DNA of 64,000 nucleotides, from the NCBI GenBank assembly GCA_907165135.1, contig OU015566.1, forward strand, positions 13,082,001 through 13,146,000, given 5' to 3'. The DNA is from Oikopleura dioica. Taxonomy: Eukaryota; Animalia; Chordata. The stretch's first letter is position 1. Every line of letters begins with the position of its first letter. The notes below the pieces were generated by a model that ran no database searches, was not told the origin of the DNA, and worked only from the letters and a program-made list of their open reading frames with translations. Below, piece after piece: positions 13,000-26,071 of this stretch. The translations under genes were made by a program, and so were the position numbers.

Positions 13000-13814
13000 T
13001 AACGCAAATCGCCACTTTTGGAAGCAGGAATGTTGATCAGACCAGCGTTCTGTCTCTATAATACGAGAATTTTATTGCCGTGTGGGATTAGCACTACTAC
13101 GAGCGTTTTCTAGCGCAAACAAAGGAGAAAAAACATCTTGGCCGTCACATATTGTCTACTCCCATAATAAGCTACTTCCGACAGACAACGACAGACGGTA
13201 TATGTCAATAAATTCTTCTATCATGATATTTTTGAGGGGATACAATCGTAACTTACAGAAGAGAAATGAATGATCACATGTTTTCGCTCCCGTAAATTAT
13301 TCATTCTTATTCTCAATTTAACGTCAAATTATCAAACTTAGACAGACAGACGATTAATATCATCAAATATTATCCAGAAAGGGAATATAATTTAAATTCT
13401 CAATTCAGTCAATCATTTCAAAGAGTTTACACTCACTAGAGCGAGAAACGGTTATTCTATATTTAAATTCTATCCAGTAATCTATCAGCCGTCTGTCGTT
13501 CTTCTTGATGTTTCCTAAAATAATTAAATGGCTCATAAATCTGGTTTCGTTGTCAAAAATTTATATAATAAAATATCCCATGATTTGACACTTTATTTAG
13601 GTGTTTTGAAGATAGGAAAAATAGCAAACAAGAATGAACAGATTATAACTTGTTTTGAATCTTTCTTCTACAGTAACTGTAAGTACAGTATAAAAGAATG
13701 AAATTGACTGTGACATGCAGTATGTTGTTTCTTGAACGAATGGGAACAACAGATTGATAAGACTTGAAAGGGGATGAATGAATTTAGGATTTAACAGAGA
13801 TGGGTAGTCGATAG

Positions 13815-16800
13815 TTAAAATGCTGGCTGAAGAAGTTGCGAAAACGACCTGAATTGATCATCGTCGAGGAAGATATTCTTCATAGGCGCGTCGGGCTTTG
13901 AACTGAGGATTTCTGCAGATAAAGAGCCCTTGCCGTCCCACGCCTGAAAGTCACTTTAGTTTCAGAAGATTCGTATCAATCATCAACGATTCCAGCCTGG
14001 AATATCCAGGACAATAGAAATGAAAAAAATTAGGATAATTAAGATCCTGATAGGATTTGCACGAGTTCATCTTCTTCGGGTTCTCATTGAGAATGGACTT
14101 TATTAAATACCCTAGGTCGAAAAAGAACAAACAAGCGTCAATACCTGATTGAAAATCTTTGTCGGGAATTCCTGCCCTGTCTTTGTCTTGACCGTAGCTC
14201 CATCAGCCTTTGCAATGGCATTTCTCAGCTCGGATTCAAGACTTGGAAGGACTTTTGCGCTCTTGGCTCGCTGGGCAAGGTCACCGGCAAGACGAAGCAT
14301 GGCTGGTTGGGGTTGGCCAACTTTGACTAAAGATACTGGGCGGAGGAGAGGAGCGGCGGCGGACTCGATTTTGTGGGAAAGATCCACGAGATCGGGTGAG
14401 TTGATGTTGAGTCTAAATGAATATTTGAGGAAGAATACAGTTGTAATTATATTGTTTTCTAAAATTTAACCGATAGCATCATTAAAACTGCATCTATCAT
14501 GCACATGTAGCTAGCACATGTAGATCGTGCTAGTCAACATGATAAGTTATCATGTACCAACAACATATTCTACCATATAAATTATATGATATAATCATAT
14601 AATTCTATCATATAATCAGCTATTTTTTATGTTTCATTGCTCAAGAAAATTGTTGCATGATTACTTTGGAAGTGGCTGCAATGTAGACACTCGTTTCGAT
14701 AAGGACCTGCCCTCCGATCGCGCAAGTTTCTTTTGAAGACAGCTCACAGATCTTGAAAGCGAGAGAATCTGCTCAGCAAGAAGAGGGGAGTCGTTGACGG
14801 AAGCTTCAAAGAAAAGCGTGAGGTCTAGTTAAAAGAAAAAAAGAATACCTGAAGTAATCGTCGGCGATTTCGGCGAGGAGAATCCAAGACGCTCAATCAT
14901 ATTCGACTTGTTCTGCGAGAGCCAGTTCTTTCTTTGCGACTAGAATAAATGTTGAAGATGATACGCAGACTTGGGCTTACCTGGAGGTTGTTTTTCTCGT
15001 CTTTGACAGAAGTCAACTCGGCCCTGTATGTTTCACAAGTTTTCTCAAACTCCTTTTCTTTCTTCAGTAAAAGCTCCTTGGTCTCCTTGAGCTCATTTTC
15101 CAACTTTCTTGATGCTTCCTCAGATTTCATATTAGCCCTTGACGATCGCGACTCGAGCATGTCGGCTTTGAGCTACAACAGATGTTTGATAAACAACAAC
15201 GATAGTCTATCGACGAAACGTCGCAATAGAGATTTATATTTCTGTGGCAAGTGCCAACCCCAGATAGAATATGTTCTACAGAAAAAGAGTGACTCACCTG
15301 TAATTGCTCTGTTTCATCGCTTTTGATCCTCAGAGCTTGTTTCAGTTCTTTGATGACTGTATCTTTATCTTCCATGTGCAACTATAAATTTTAGATGAAA
15401 GATAACAACAATAGTTGAATGTACTTGGAGTTCTTCTGGCGATTGTGTAGATATCTCTGCAGCTCGTCGTTTTACAGCCGGCTCAAGAGACTCAGCAGCT
15501 TTGTTCACGTGGAAATCGCCCTCTTGAAGTCGGGAGTTGATTTTGGCGATGCATTGGAAAGAGCTTTGGATTGATCCCTTCACTGATGCTAACCCCTCGT
15601 TGCCTTTTTCGAAGATGCTTAATTTTTGTATTCAAAAGGCGCGCGAGGCGCTCTGATTGACCAATTGCGGGTAAAAGTAGACAATCTTAGGCATCCTTTC
15701 CTGGTCCATAAACCTTATTACACGCTTGAATACTAGCATCGTGAAGCTGCTTCTCCGGAAGATGCTTTTGCTCCAAGTTAATCGCTTGCGAGTGCGTCGT
15801 ATTCGCCCAATACTGAAGGAACTCAGAAATGATTGAAATCTGGTGGATCGCGTCACGAGCAGACGAGCGCTGATCTTGATCCATGACACCATGTTTCTCG
15901 TCTGGAGAAAGTCGCTGAATTCTTCGGAAGGTTTGGCGAAGGGATGGGAGTCGCGCGATTATGTCTGTTAGCAATTTTGCTGGGTCGGAGAGCTCCTGGC
16001 CAGGGAGAACTTACAGAAGGTAAAGGATGTGTTGTCATGTGACAAGTAATCGGTGTCAAGCAACATGAATATCTATCACTGCAGCGATTTCTGTTGGGAC
16101 AATTAAAGATTATTACTACGATTAAAAATAATGATTTGATTTTACGCTTTCATGATTCTATTACCTCAGTTTATATAAAAAAAACTCCCTCAAAAATGCT
16201 CTAGCATAGAGATTCATAAATTGTGAATAATTGTAGCACTATCGCATAATCCTATTTCACCGTTCCTAAGTTCTGTAGTCGTGCCGTAGTCACTCCAAGA
16301 CGGTTCGAAAGAGTAAGACCTCTTCGGGAAAGTCGGAGGATGAAGCCAGCGGCGTCATCTTGCTCACGAGCAAAGTGAACTCCGTGGACGTGGGCGATGA
16401 AGCCAAGACTCTTCTGAAGATTGAGCAGCGAAATTGTCTCGTCAAGGGCGTCGCGTCTGACTAGATCGATAAAATAGTCCAGGACGGCTTCGTGTGGGAC
16501 GAGCTCGTGATAAAGGGTCGCCACGCGTTTCCAAGTGTCGATTGAACAGTCATGAAGGATCCCCGTGAAAGTTTCAGTGTATCCTCTCAGCGTCTCGAGG
16601 ATATCAACGAGCTCCGCTGCCCAAATATCCGTCTCCGTCTGCGCTGGATCGCCAGTTGCTCCTTCCAAATCGAACTTGTCCATCACCTCTGTTTGGATAA
16701 TGCGCGCTTTTGCACTAAGCCTTCGAATAAGCAGCTCAATCTTGACCCCATCTGCGTCGCCTCCTCGCGTCTTGAACCCATGGGGGAGGAACATTTGGAG

Positions 16801-19800
16801 CATGTTCACGTGAGCAGCGAGCAAATCACTTTCCAGCTTGCGAAGATCAAGCTCGACTTGTGTTGAGTGGTGGCGACGCTCGAGGACGCGCTCAGTCAAA
16901 ACAGCAGCGGTTGCTTCGGTTGTGTATGAAACCTCGGCTTGCCCGTCTCCCTCGCCTCGTGATGATTGTTCCTTCAGAACAAGTTTTAGAAAGATGAGGG
17001 GTGTCAATGATACCGTTTCATTATTTTTTATTTGAATCTATGACGCAGATGTATTTAAGAATATAGGTCTAATTTAGATAAATTTATAATATAATATAAC
17101 TTCTAGTCATTATAATTTTTGCAGACCAGGGAACTACGCTCCAGAGAACACGCTAATTTTTGTCAGTTTTTTTAATAATCTCTAAAACCTTCCTTGTATT
17201 GCTCAATTTCATCTTTCTGCACGGTAACCGCGTGTCTAAACTTCTTGATCGTCTCCTGCAGGTCGATAGAATGCGCTCTTTCAGCTTCCAAAAGCCGCGT
17301 TGCGTCCCGAAGTCGACTGTTGATTATGTCGTTTTCTTCCCGCAACTCGAGTTCCTTTTCTCTCGCCACTTCGCCCATTTCCGCGTCTAGTTCGTGCAGC
17401 TCTTCAAGGTCGTCCGCCCGTTCTTTTTCCTCTTGTAGCTTTTCTTCCAAGTCCAAAACTCTTATCGTCAAGTTTTCAACCATCTCTTCCGACCCAAGCG
17501 CCAAATCGACCTGCTCTTTTAGCTCTATCAACTCTTCCTGGAGTGCTTTATTCGCATCTTCAAATTTCTGCTGCAGTTTCTTTGCCAGCGCAAGTTCTTC
17601 TTGATCAGATTTGGACTGTTTCAGAGCTCGGGCAGCCGCTTGCTTTTCTTCCGCATTCAAATCGCGGATTTTGACGATGGCATCTTTTAGTCGCTGGATT
17701 TCATCGTCCTTGATTCTCAGTTGAAGGGGAGTGACGCTTTCTCCGTCCCCTTAAAATTTAGGCTGTAATCATTGAGAACCCTTAATTTAAGAAACATCTA
17801 TGGTAGAAGTATACGATCTTTCAAAAAATAGGCACTACGCAAATAATAGCAAAAATAATTATTCATCAGAGAGCACAATCGCACCTCCACATCACAATAA
17901 AAAACAATTATTGTTCTATTCTAAAAGGTTTATGCAACTGCGGATAATATATCCTCAAATAAACAACCAACAATATTGTCCATCTGTAGATGAAAAGATC
18001 TGAAGATAACTAGAGCAGTAATTATTTTTGCAAATACTGAACCTTAATGAGAGTAATTTTTAGCCCTGTCGCTGATAAATGAATTTATTGGTCGTTTTAG
18101 ACGAACGTATTCTTTGGAGAAACAATTGCATTTCTACTATTCACCTGAAACGGTTTCATTCGCTGATTCCGCTTCCGCCCTCAGCAGCTCCAAATCCGTC
18201 TCGGCCTCTTCCAGTCGAATCTTCATATCCTCCACCTCGCTTCTCGCAATTTCCGCGGCTTCTTCCGCCATTTCCTTGTCCAGCGTGAGCATTTCTATCG
18301 TTTCACTGCTTTCGGCCATGTCTTCGCGGAACTGGTCGAATTCGGCTTGGAGTTCTTCCTTTGATTTGCGCATTGAGTCGAGTTCACGGAGCTTTTCTTT
18401 GTTTTGCTCCATGATACGGACTTTGAATTCTTCAAAAGACTGAAATGATAGTTGAAGTTGTTTAGCAAAATTTTATGATCGAAATTAAATAAACTTTAAT
18501 TACAATATATCTTCAAGAAATTTTCTTGTTCAAACATATGTTTACATAAAGTAAAAGTATAGTTTGAAATTCAAACTTGGAATTGTTTACCAAAACATAT
18601 GTAAAAACAAATCTTTTTGTTTCACCAGAAGAACACTCTCAGAACAGATATAAAATTTATACCTGCAGTTGAATCCTGTTCCTCTCCGCATCCTTCAACG
18701 CTTCCCTATCTTGCCGTCTTTTCGCAACGAGCAGATCGGTCTTGTCTTTCCAATCTTTCACCGAAGCCTGGAGCTCGGCGTTCTCTTTCTCAAGTTCGGC
18801 GATTTTGTTTTGTTGCTCCGTGATTTCCTGGAGGCTTTGAATTGATGATGATTTAGGCGGCGAGGCTTGCAGCTTTGGAGCTTCCACTGGCGCTGGTTCT
18901 TTTGCTGGAGATGGTTGCTTCTCTGGAGCTGGTTTTGGCGGAGATTCTTTTGGAGGGGAAGCAGCTTTAGCTGCAGCTTTCTTTTCCAATGATGGATCGC
19001 GTGAAATCTTTGGCGTTGATGCTTTCGGTGCTAGTGATTTTCGCTTTTCTGCCATCATTGAGAGACGACTGGCAGGACGAGAAGGGGGCTTCATTGCTCC
19101 GGCTGAAGGAGTCGGCGCGGTTTTCACTAAAGAGATGCTGTTATGAAAGAATACACGTTGGTACGGTATATCATATACCGTAAATGACAATTCTCATGTG
19201 GTTAAGACAAGCGGGTATATTTATGATTTATTCGGAGGATAATCGGGTGAATAGGAGAAATTTGCTCGTCATTAGCAAAACAATTCTGATTCGGAATTTA
19301 ATCCCAGGTCCACCTCTCTTCAAGATCCTACAGACATGCTATATCAACGCAGCTCGGACTCGTACAGTCATTTTTCCGAGTACGCAGCTCGGAATATCAT
19401 CATCGTAAAGATGTTTTAAGACGGAAAGTGAATTTCATCACAAAATTGAATATACCGTACTGTATATCGTACTGACGGGAAATTAATTCTTATTTATTCT
19501 GATACGAACAGCATGCGCTTACTCAAGTTTATATAAAGAAAACATAACAAATTCCAATTTCGTATAGACGCGCTTTTTTATAGGTGGTGGAAGTTTTCTT
19601 GCGAAACTCGCGAGTTTCGCAACTCACGCCTGATGAAGGAGGGCATTCCCTCCGAAAGCTCGCAATAAAACAAAAATCGAAAATTCTACAACGTCAACAC
19701 AAGAGATACATCGTAAAGATGTTTCAAGACGGAAAGTGAATTCCAAAATTGAGTAAATATCGTAGTGACGGGAAATCAATTCTGTTTTAATCTGAATTCT

Positions 19801-20877
19801 GTACAGCATGTGCTTACTCAAGTTTATATAAATATAACATAACAAATTCCAATTTCGTATATGAAAAATTACTGTTGGCAACAGTCTGTTGCTACTAGCT
19901 GCGGTAATTGAACTCATACGCTCAAATGAGCGATTTCTTTTATTCTTGAAGTATCTTCGGATTTTCAGTTATTTAGGGTGTATCCTAAGATCACAAGCAA
20001 AATTCAGTAAGGAACTGACCCGCTGAAGACATCTATGGAGTATTTTCTTTCAGTCAAATGAATCCGAAGGGGCATTTTGTGCCCGGATCAGCCAGTATTT
20101 GACAGTAAAGAGGGGCGATAACGAAAAATCCGACTGATGAAAGATCGGGAATATTTATGGTTTCAAAGGCTAAAATAATTAAGGGTGTGTATCCGAGATT
20201 CACAAAGCAGCCCTCAACAAAGAAAAAACGAGAGCAACTGAACATTCGCGGAGCATTTTTATAGGTTTCCGTTCGACCCACCCGACAGGACTGAGGACCT
20301 GTAACATGGTTTAATACGGACCACGGGCCGTTTCCGGACCGAAATCGGCGCGGACGTTTCTAGGGTCCTATTGGCTTATGGTTTTTAATGGAGGCTGATT
20401 AGAGTAAGCTTATGAATAGAATGGAAAGGCTGGTTAGTTACTTTTGCGTGTACAAAAAGGGGTTAATTTTTTAACCCCCTGAGCGTGTACAACAAAAATC
20501 GCGCCCCACGGTGCGTTTCACCTGATTTTCGTCGTCTAACGGATTTTTTCACTCTTTTAGGTGAATTTATCGCTTTTTCTATTTCAGATAAATTCGGTTA
20601 CAGATTTCATGGAAGCGAAAAACGCTAGAATCGTACCTGCGCTTGCCCCATCGCTGGGCGGGGCAACCAGCTGTTCTCGAACGAACATGCCATAGTTTGG
20701 TTCGCAAGTGAAATAAGTCGTTCCTTGGATAGAACCGTTGTTTTTGCCTTTTTGTTCATCAAGAATGATTCCAATCCAGACTCCTTTGGCGAATTCAGTC
20801 TCTCCCACGAAGGCGACGGTTCCGTTCCCGACGTCTTTCGACGGGATCGAAACTCTCTGGCCGACTTCAACTCCCAT
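13815..20877 (-). CDS. DCTN1: Dynactin subunit 1 (p150glued), multi-exon
   Basis: CAP-Gly (FVGETEFAKGVWIGIILDEQKGKNNGS), basic/Pro-rich linker, coiled coils (EMLTLDKEMAEE; QVDLALGSEEMVENLT; LQETIKKFR), LQMFLPHGF..GGDAD, LLKKEKEFE, and a last exon ending QFRSFSQLLQPAF*. Confidence 0.95.
19401..19861. repeat. Diverged ~155-165 bp direct repeat pair in DCTN1 intron 1
   Basis: catcgtaaagatgtt..acggaaagtgaatt...gcttactcaagtttatataaa..aacataacaaattccaatttcgtata occurs at 19401-19566 and at 19709-19861. Confidence 0.8.
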
Positions 20878-21723
20878 TCTAAATGACCATCGTTTAGTCC
20901 TGGTGATTTCTTGGCTCTAGAATCCTCTAGGGAGACGTGAAAGACGCGTTTCTAAAATATAAATCGATATTGAGAAAAAAAGAAACCTCCAAAAAATAGA
21001 AAACTTCAACTTGAAAATGAAAATATCAAATCAAGTTAAAATGATCTTCCTGTGAATCTTATCTTTTTAACTACAGTTATTATGATTATCACTGAATCAT
21101 TGAACGCTTCTTTCAAAAGGCATCGCTTCTCTGGAAAAAGCTCTCGGTGTGAAGAAACGAAACTGGCGCGCTCGACCAATCAAGCGCCGCGGAAAATCTA
21201 AAAAGGAGGGAAAGCCAGAATAGCGCTTCCCGCCCTTTGTCTGCCCTTGTCGGATTGCCGTCCGGTACTCGTCGATTTTTAGGAGAGAAAGAAGAAGCCG
21301 ACCGTTTTATTCTTCAAGTTATCTTTTCATAGTGCCTATGAACAAACACAAATGGATTAAATCCATCAAATTTTGATGATTAAAAAACAAGTTCTTTCAG
21401 TCATTTAGTCAATCAATCAAAATATGTTTCTAAAATTGTATCATCAAATTATCTTTCAAACTTTTATAGCCTAACAAAATCTTTATAATAAAGATTGTTG
21501 AGAAGAGTCGAATAATGCTATCGTAATGATTCTTTTCAGAAAATGGATTTTAATTGCTTTATCCATGTATTCGCATAATGTACCGGTAGTTATGCTTATT
21601 CGTGATCAGCTTTAAGTGGGGAAGCGAGAATATATTAAAAAATCGGACATCGTCGTAATTATAGCTCGATAGTGCCACAGCGTCAAGCAGCTCCCTCTAG
21701 GTGGATACAGAATGACAGCCTAG

Positions 21724-21730
21724 TATAAAT
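21724..21730 (+). promoter_or_regulatory. TATA box of the small secreted-peptide gene
   Basis: TATAAAT ~80 nt upstream of ATG 21805, followed by a C/A-rich leader. Confidence 0.55.
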
Positions 21731-21804
21731 AATGGTCTAAGCCCACTGTCTCATCAAACACCTGCAAATTACAACCAACAACACAATCCAAAAAATTCTC
21801 AACA

Positions 21805-22056
21805 ATGCAAATCACTCAAAGCATCATCTGTCTTTTTGGATCGGGCGTTTTCGCCACTCCATCCATTCAACTTGAAAACGGCTTCGTCAACAAAGTAGCC
21901 AACTATCACTACCCTCAAGACGTTCCATCCTATGTTGACCAACTCAAGGCGTATGATGCTGAGCTCGGCGAGCGATATGCAAATTTTCGCTCAAAAACTC
22001 AGCTCAAACGAGCAATTCGCCAACGAATGTTCAGAAAATACCATGGATCTGACTAA
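21805..22056 (+). CDS. Small secreted protein (83 aa, intronless), orphan
   Basis: Signal-peptide-like N-terminus (MQITQSIICLFGSGVFA), TATA box, CAACAATG start context, basic C-terminus with KR/RK pairs. Confidence 0.65.
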   Translation: MQITQSIICLFGSGVFATPSIQLENGFVNKVANYHYPQDVPSYVDQLKAYDAELGERYANFRSKTQLKRAIRQRMFRKYHGSD

Positions 22057-22380
22057 ATGTCCCCTTCAAATTAAAAAAAAATCACCATTTAGTATGCCAA
22101 AATTTGTTCCCTAAAATAATCCGTTAGAAATGCTCCTGTTCTCAATATCTTACAATCAGAATATCCCCTTAACAACTCTGCTGTTACTCTTCTATTGACT
22201 GTCCTTCTCTCTCATAAATTATGAATTATTCATATTATAAAATATATTTAAAAAATATTTCCTTAAAAACAAAAAAATAAAAAAAGGTATTACCTTGAAA
22301 AATTGATAAAAACTATATACTAAAGCCTATGTAGTTGGTAATTTTGACTTTATTTACAGTGCAGTAATCATGACAAAAAA

Positions 22381-25300
22381 TTACAAAAGGGCATCGAGAT
22401 TGAGATAGGTATTTGCGACAATCTCACTGGCCGAGGAAATTGTTCCTGAAGCCGAGTCACCTTCTGTATTTGTCGCAGTAATCGTCATCGGATATGTGTT
22501 CGTTGCGAAAAATGGATCGGCAGCTAAGAACCAAAAGGAAAAGCCAACACTGCCCTTTCCAAGAGGAAGGTCGAAAGAACTGCCGTTAGCGCTAGTCGCG
22601 GTTATCGAAGTAATTCCGAAACGGGAGTTAGTTGGTTGAAGCCCGAGCCACCACTGGCTGCTTCCGGTTTTCCATCGAAGCTGGGTCTTCGAATTCGGCC
22701 GGAAGGCGGGAGGACATTCGACGAATTCCCAGGAGCCGTCGAATCGGCTAGGCGACTCGTTGCCAGTGACAGAGTTCCAGACGGCGAGGTTAGAGTCGAC
22801 ATCACCAGAGTGGCACTCTGGGCACGAATCGGCGACCATAGCGATTGTATCCTAATTTGTTGATTACAGTGATTTTTCTTTCGGATTTACCTGTCCAGTT
22901 GAGCATACTCCAGGGAAAGTCGATTGCTCACACGAGCATTTGAGCTTGACGCACCGTCCACAAGCGAGACCGTCGTTGTATTCATGAGATTTGGGCAAAG
23001 CAACAAAGTTTGTGATTCCAAGATTTGAACTTGAGTCAAATGCGAATTCGCAATTTCCAGTGAAAGACGTCGTCTTATCGTATTGAGTGAAATCTCCAGT
23101 ATTGGCCAGCACATCGCAAGTTCCACCAGTTCCGCCGTTTCCTCCTTTTGTTGTTGTTGTCGTCGCTGGAGGAGCGGTTGGTGGTGCTGTCGTGGATGGA
23201 CTTCCGATGTAAGCGGCGATAAGTCCTTGAAATCCGCAGTTGTAATCCAGCGCGACCTCGTTTGTGACGTAGTCGCTTCGGTCGTTTACGAAGTTGTCCG
23301 TTGCAGTTCGTGGACCACCGATCAAGGCGCCATTCAGACGGAATCTGTTAGCACCGCTAACATTTTTATCCGACCAGTCGCAGGCTCCCTCGCTAGCAGG
23401 TCGGCAAGAACTGGCTCGATGGTGAGGCTGATTGGCGAACTTGTCTCCATGGCCGACCATATAAGAAGCCTGCTGGCCGTTAATAAGTGGATGTCCGCTT
23501 GGCCCATCGCCGAGAAGATAGTCAAGTTGTCCCTTTGCAAAGCTCTCTCCATCAGCAACTCCAGCGTCCGTCGCTAATTTTGCAATAAAGGCGGCATTAG
23601 CTGCATGTCGAGCGCTTCCCCACTCTTGAATGAAGACCATTCCTCCTGGGGACTTCGATTTTGCTTTGAGATTGTTGACAAATCCAGCGATCTTCGACTG
23701 GTAAGCACTTTTCTGAGAGTCGCCAGCGGCATTGAGAATTTCATACATGAGAAGATTCGCTGCTGGAGTCTTGTTGTCCCAAGAATACTCTCCTCCCCAG
23801 CCGAGATCATTAGCGCTCGCCAAACTTTTTGCTCTAGCGACGTCACTTGTAAACTTGATTGGCTCAACTTCTCTCGATGCCTTTGCGATCCAAGCACCAG
23901 CGAGAACCAGTTCGTCTTTATAGCCAGACCAGGATGTGTAGAAATTGCCAAGGTCGAGACTGTCGGAGTATTTAGCCCGATGGTTGTCGGCAAAATCGAG
24001 CAGCTCTCGAGCTCTTCTGAGTAGATCGGTCGCTTCGGCTGGATTGGAGTCTTTGTAGAGCAGTGAAGCGGAGGCGAAAAAGGCTGCAGTTTGTCCAGCG
24101 AGATCGGAACCAGGCTTACTCGCATCGATTTTTACGGCTGGTCGGTCCATTGACATCTGCTCCGGGCGAATCCAAACGGAATGATCTGCATTGCCATCGC
24201 CAACTTGAGCCCAAAGCTCGTTAGGTCCGGTATGACAACGCTTGAAGAAATCGACACCCCAGTCAATAATCCTCTTCGAGTTATTGAACTCCCCAGCAGC
24301 TTTATAATTATCCTCGTATTGAACCATGCCCCAAGCTAAAGTGTTGAGAGCGAAAGCGGCTGGAAAATTGAATTTGACGTGATCTCCAGCGTCGTAGAAA
24401 CCGCCAGTTAGATCAACTCCGACTTCGCAACCATCGTGGAGGGCTGAGTCCCCGCGCCAAGGGATTCGTGACCAGGACGGTTTCTCTCCGGACATTTGAG
24501 CTTCGTAAAAGAGGATGCTCTTCTTGAGAGCAGACTCGTAATCGAGCCAGGAGTCGGATTGGATGTTGACGCTGGAAGGACTGGATGCTTCAACACCTTC
24601 GGGTCCGGAACAGTGATCAGTTGGGGGTTCAGTCGGAGGCTCAGTTGGCGGCTCAGTTGGTGGCTCAGTTGGTGGTTCGGTCGGTGGCTCAGTTGGTGGC
24701 TCCGTCGGTGGCTCAGTTGGTGGGTCCGTCGGCGGCTCAGTCGGTGGTTCAGTTGGTGGTTCAGTTGGTGGCTCGGTTGGTGGCTCTGTCGGTGGCTCGG
24801 TTGGTGGTTCAGTTGGTGGTTCAGTTGGTGGCTCTGTAGGGGGTTCTGGAGAGCAAGTTTCATGCGCTAGATGTGCATTCTTCTTGTATCTCCAGCCATT
24901 CTTGTCGCACGCAATCTGGAATCGAACTCTTTTGCTTTTGTCGTTACAAACAGCTTTGCATCCTTTGATTATGGTGCCTCTTTTCTGACAGTTCCATTTT
25001 CCGTCTCCGATCGGGTAATTGGTCATGGCATCCCATTCGTTGCACTGGAACTGGTTGCATGTCTCCTGCCAGTTCTTGCCCAGCTGCTTGGAGCTAATGC
25101 ATGGTTATTAGCGTGAACGCGATAATTGGAAAGTGGTTTACCTGAAGCTTCCATTTTTCCTGTTGCAGAGAACAAGCCCTGCGCTGGTTCCAGATCCTTC
25201 GCACCACAAATTGTACTTCTTCTTTTTGCTGTCTTGTGAATTGAAAGCTAGGTGACCCTTGGTGATTGAAAGCGTTGCAAGCTTTTCATCGCACTTGTCG

Positions 25301-25707
25301 ACTGGGACGGCGCATTTCATGTTATCAGTAACGTTTTTCTTTTTTATTCTAGTTGGGTTTCTACATTGACCCTAGAAAGATGTGAAAAAAATGAATTTCC
25401 GCTTTTTTCTTACCTGGATAGAGGCCTTTTTCCAATTTCCTTCTGCGTTTGGATCATAGCATTTCGGGTAGCACCTGATTGTAGGCTCATCTTGGTCGAG
25501 AAGCGGACAGTTCCAGTAGCCGTTCTCAATTGGATGGTTGCCTGTTTGTTCTCTCAAATCATCCGAGCAGGGATTACCCGCTCGAGCACTTCTGAAGAGC
25601 GATTCTGACGCAGAAAGCTCAGTTTCTTCCAACTTTTTGAGCTTTTCGAACTTGTGTTTCCAAGCTGCTTCTGAGGCGCTGAGCATCACCAAACTTGAGA
25701 GCTTCAT
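22381..25707 (-). CDS. Secreted modular glycoside hydrolase family 9 endoglucanase: signal peptide, three Cys-rich modules, (PTEP)n linker, GH9 domain, Thr/Pro linker, expansin-like domain (DPBB + CBM63-like)
   Basis: GH9 motifs: ALKKSILFYEAQMSG, WRGDS, DLTGGFYDAGDHVKFNFP, QVGDGNADH, YKDEL, PHHR, GALIGGP, NEVALDYN. Expansin-like motifs: ACGRCVKL, VADSCPECHSGDVD, WEFVEC, GSSQWWLGLQ. Three short GT-AG introns restore the frame. Confidence 0.93.
24618..24845 (-). repeat. Coding 12-bp tandem repeat, about 19 x PTEP (mucin-like linker)
   Basis: Visible in the 720-aa ORF; synonymous variation among the units is consistent with selection on the protein. Confidence 0.9.
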
Positions 25708-26071
25708 TGTGTTGGGATGTGTAAAAAAGAGTGTTAGAAAAAATTTTTTTTTTATAAAATTGATGAAAAATATGAAAGCGCAGGGAATTTTATACGGAGC
25801 GCGCGGCGGCGGTGGCGCGCTTTCTTGGTCCTACTATTTGCGTAAAAAATAACTGTTCGAGGGACTTGGTGGTTTTATTGACGGTTAAAATATTCTTGTT
25901 CATAAAAGATAACTCAGAAGCGGAAATATTTGACAAGATTTGGAAAGTGTTCGTTTTATGTTTTACAAGGGAGGAACACGTTGAATTTCTATGTCTACAT
26001 GTGGATACATTTTTAAAATGGTTGAAGGTGGTCATCATTCGAGCTAGCCCTAACCCCAAACCTTATCAAAG

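Noticed and set aside
14480-14620. Short palindromes (CATGATAAGTTATCATG and others) in a DCTN1 intron
   Set aside because: Low-complexity AT-rich sequence with no TIR/TSD boundaries.
24408-24870. W-, H/Q- and V/Q-rich ORFs
   Set aside because: Alternative-frame and antisense shadows of the PTEP repeat.
22381-25026. Bacterial contamination as the source of the GH9-expansin gene
   Set aside because: It contains canonical short spliceosomal introns, including one within the expansin part, and is flanked by animal genes.
26047-26063. Telomere-like CCCTAACCCCAAACC
   Set aside because: Only one exact unit; compatible with chance.
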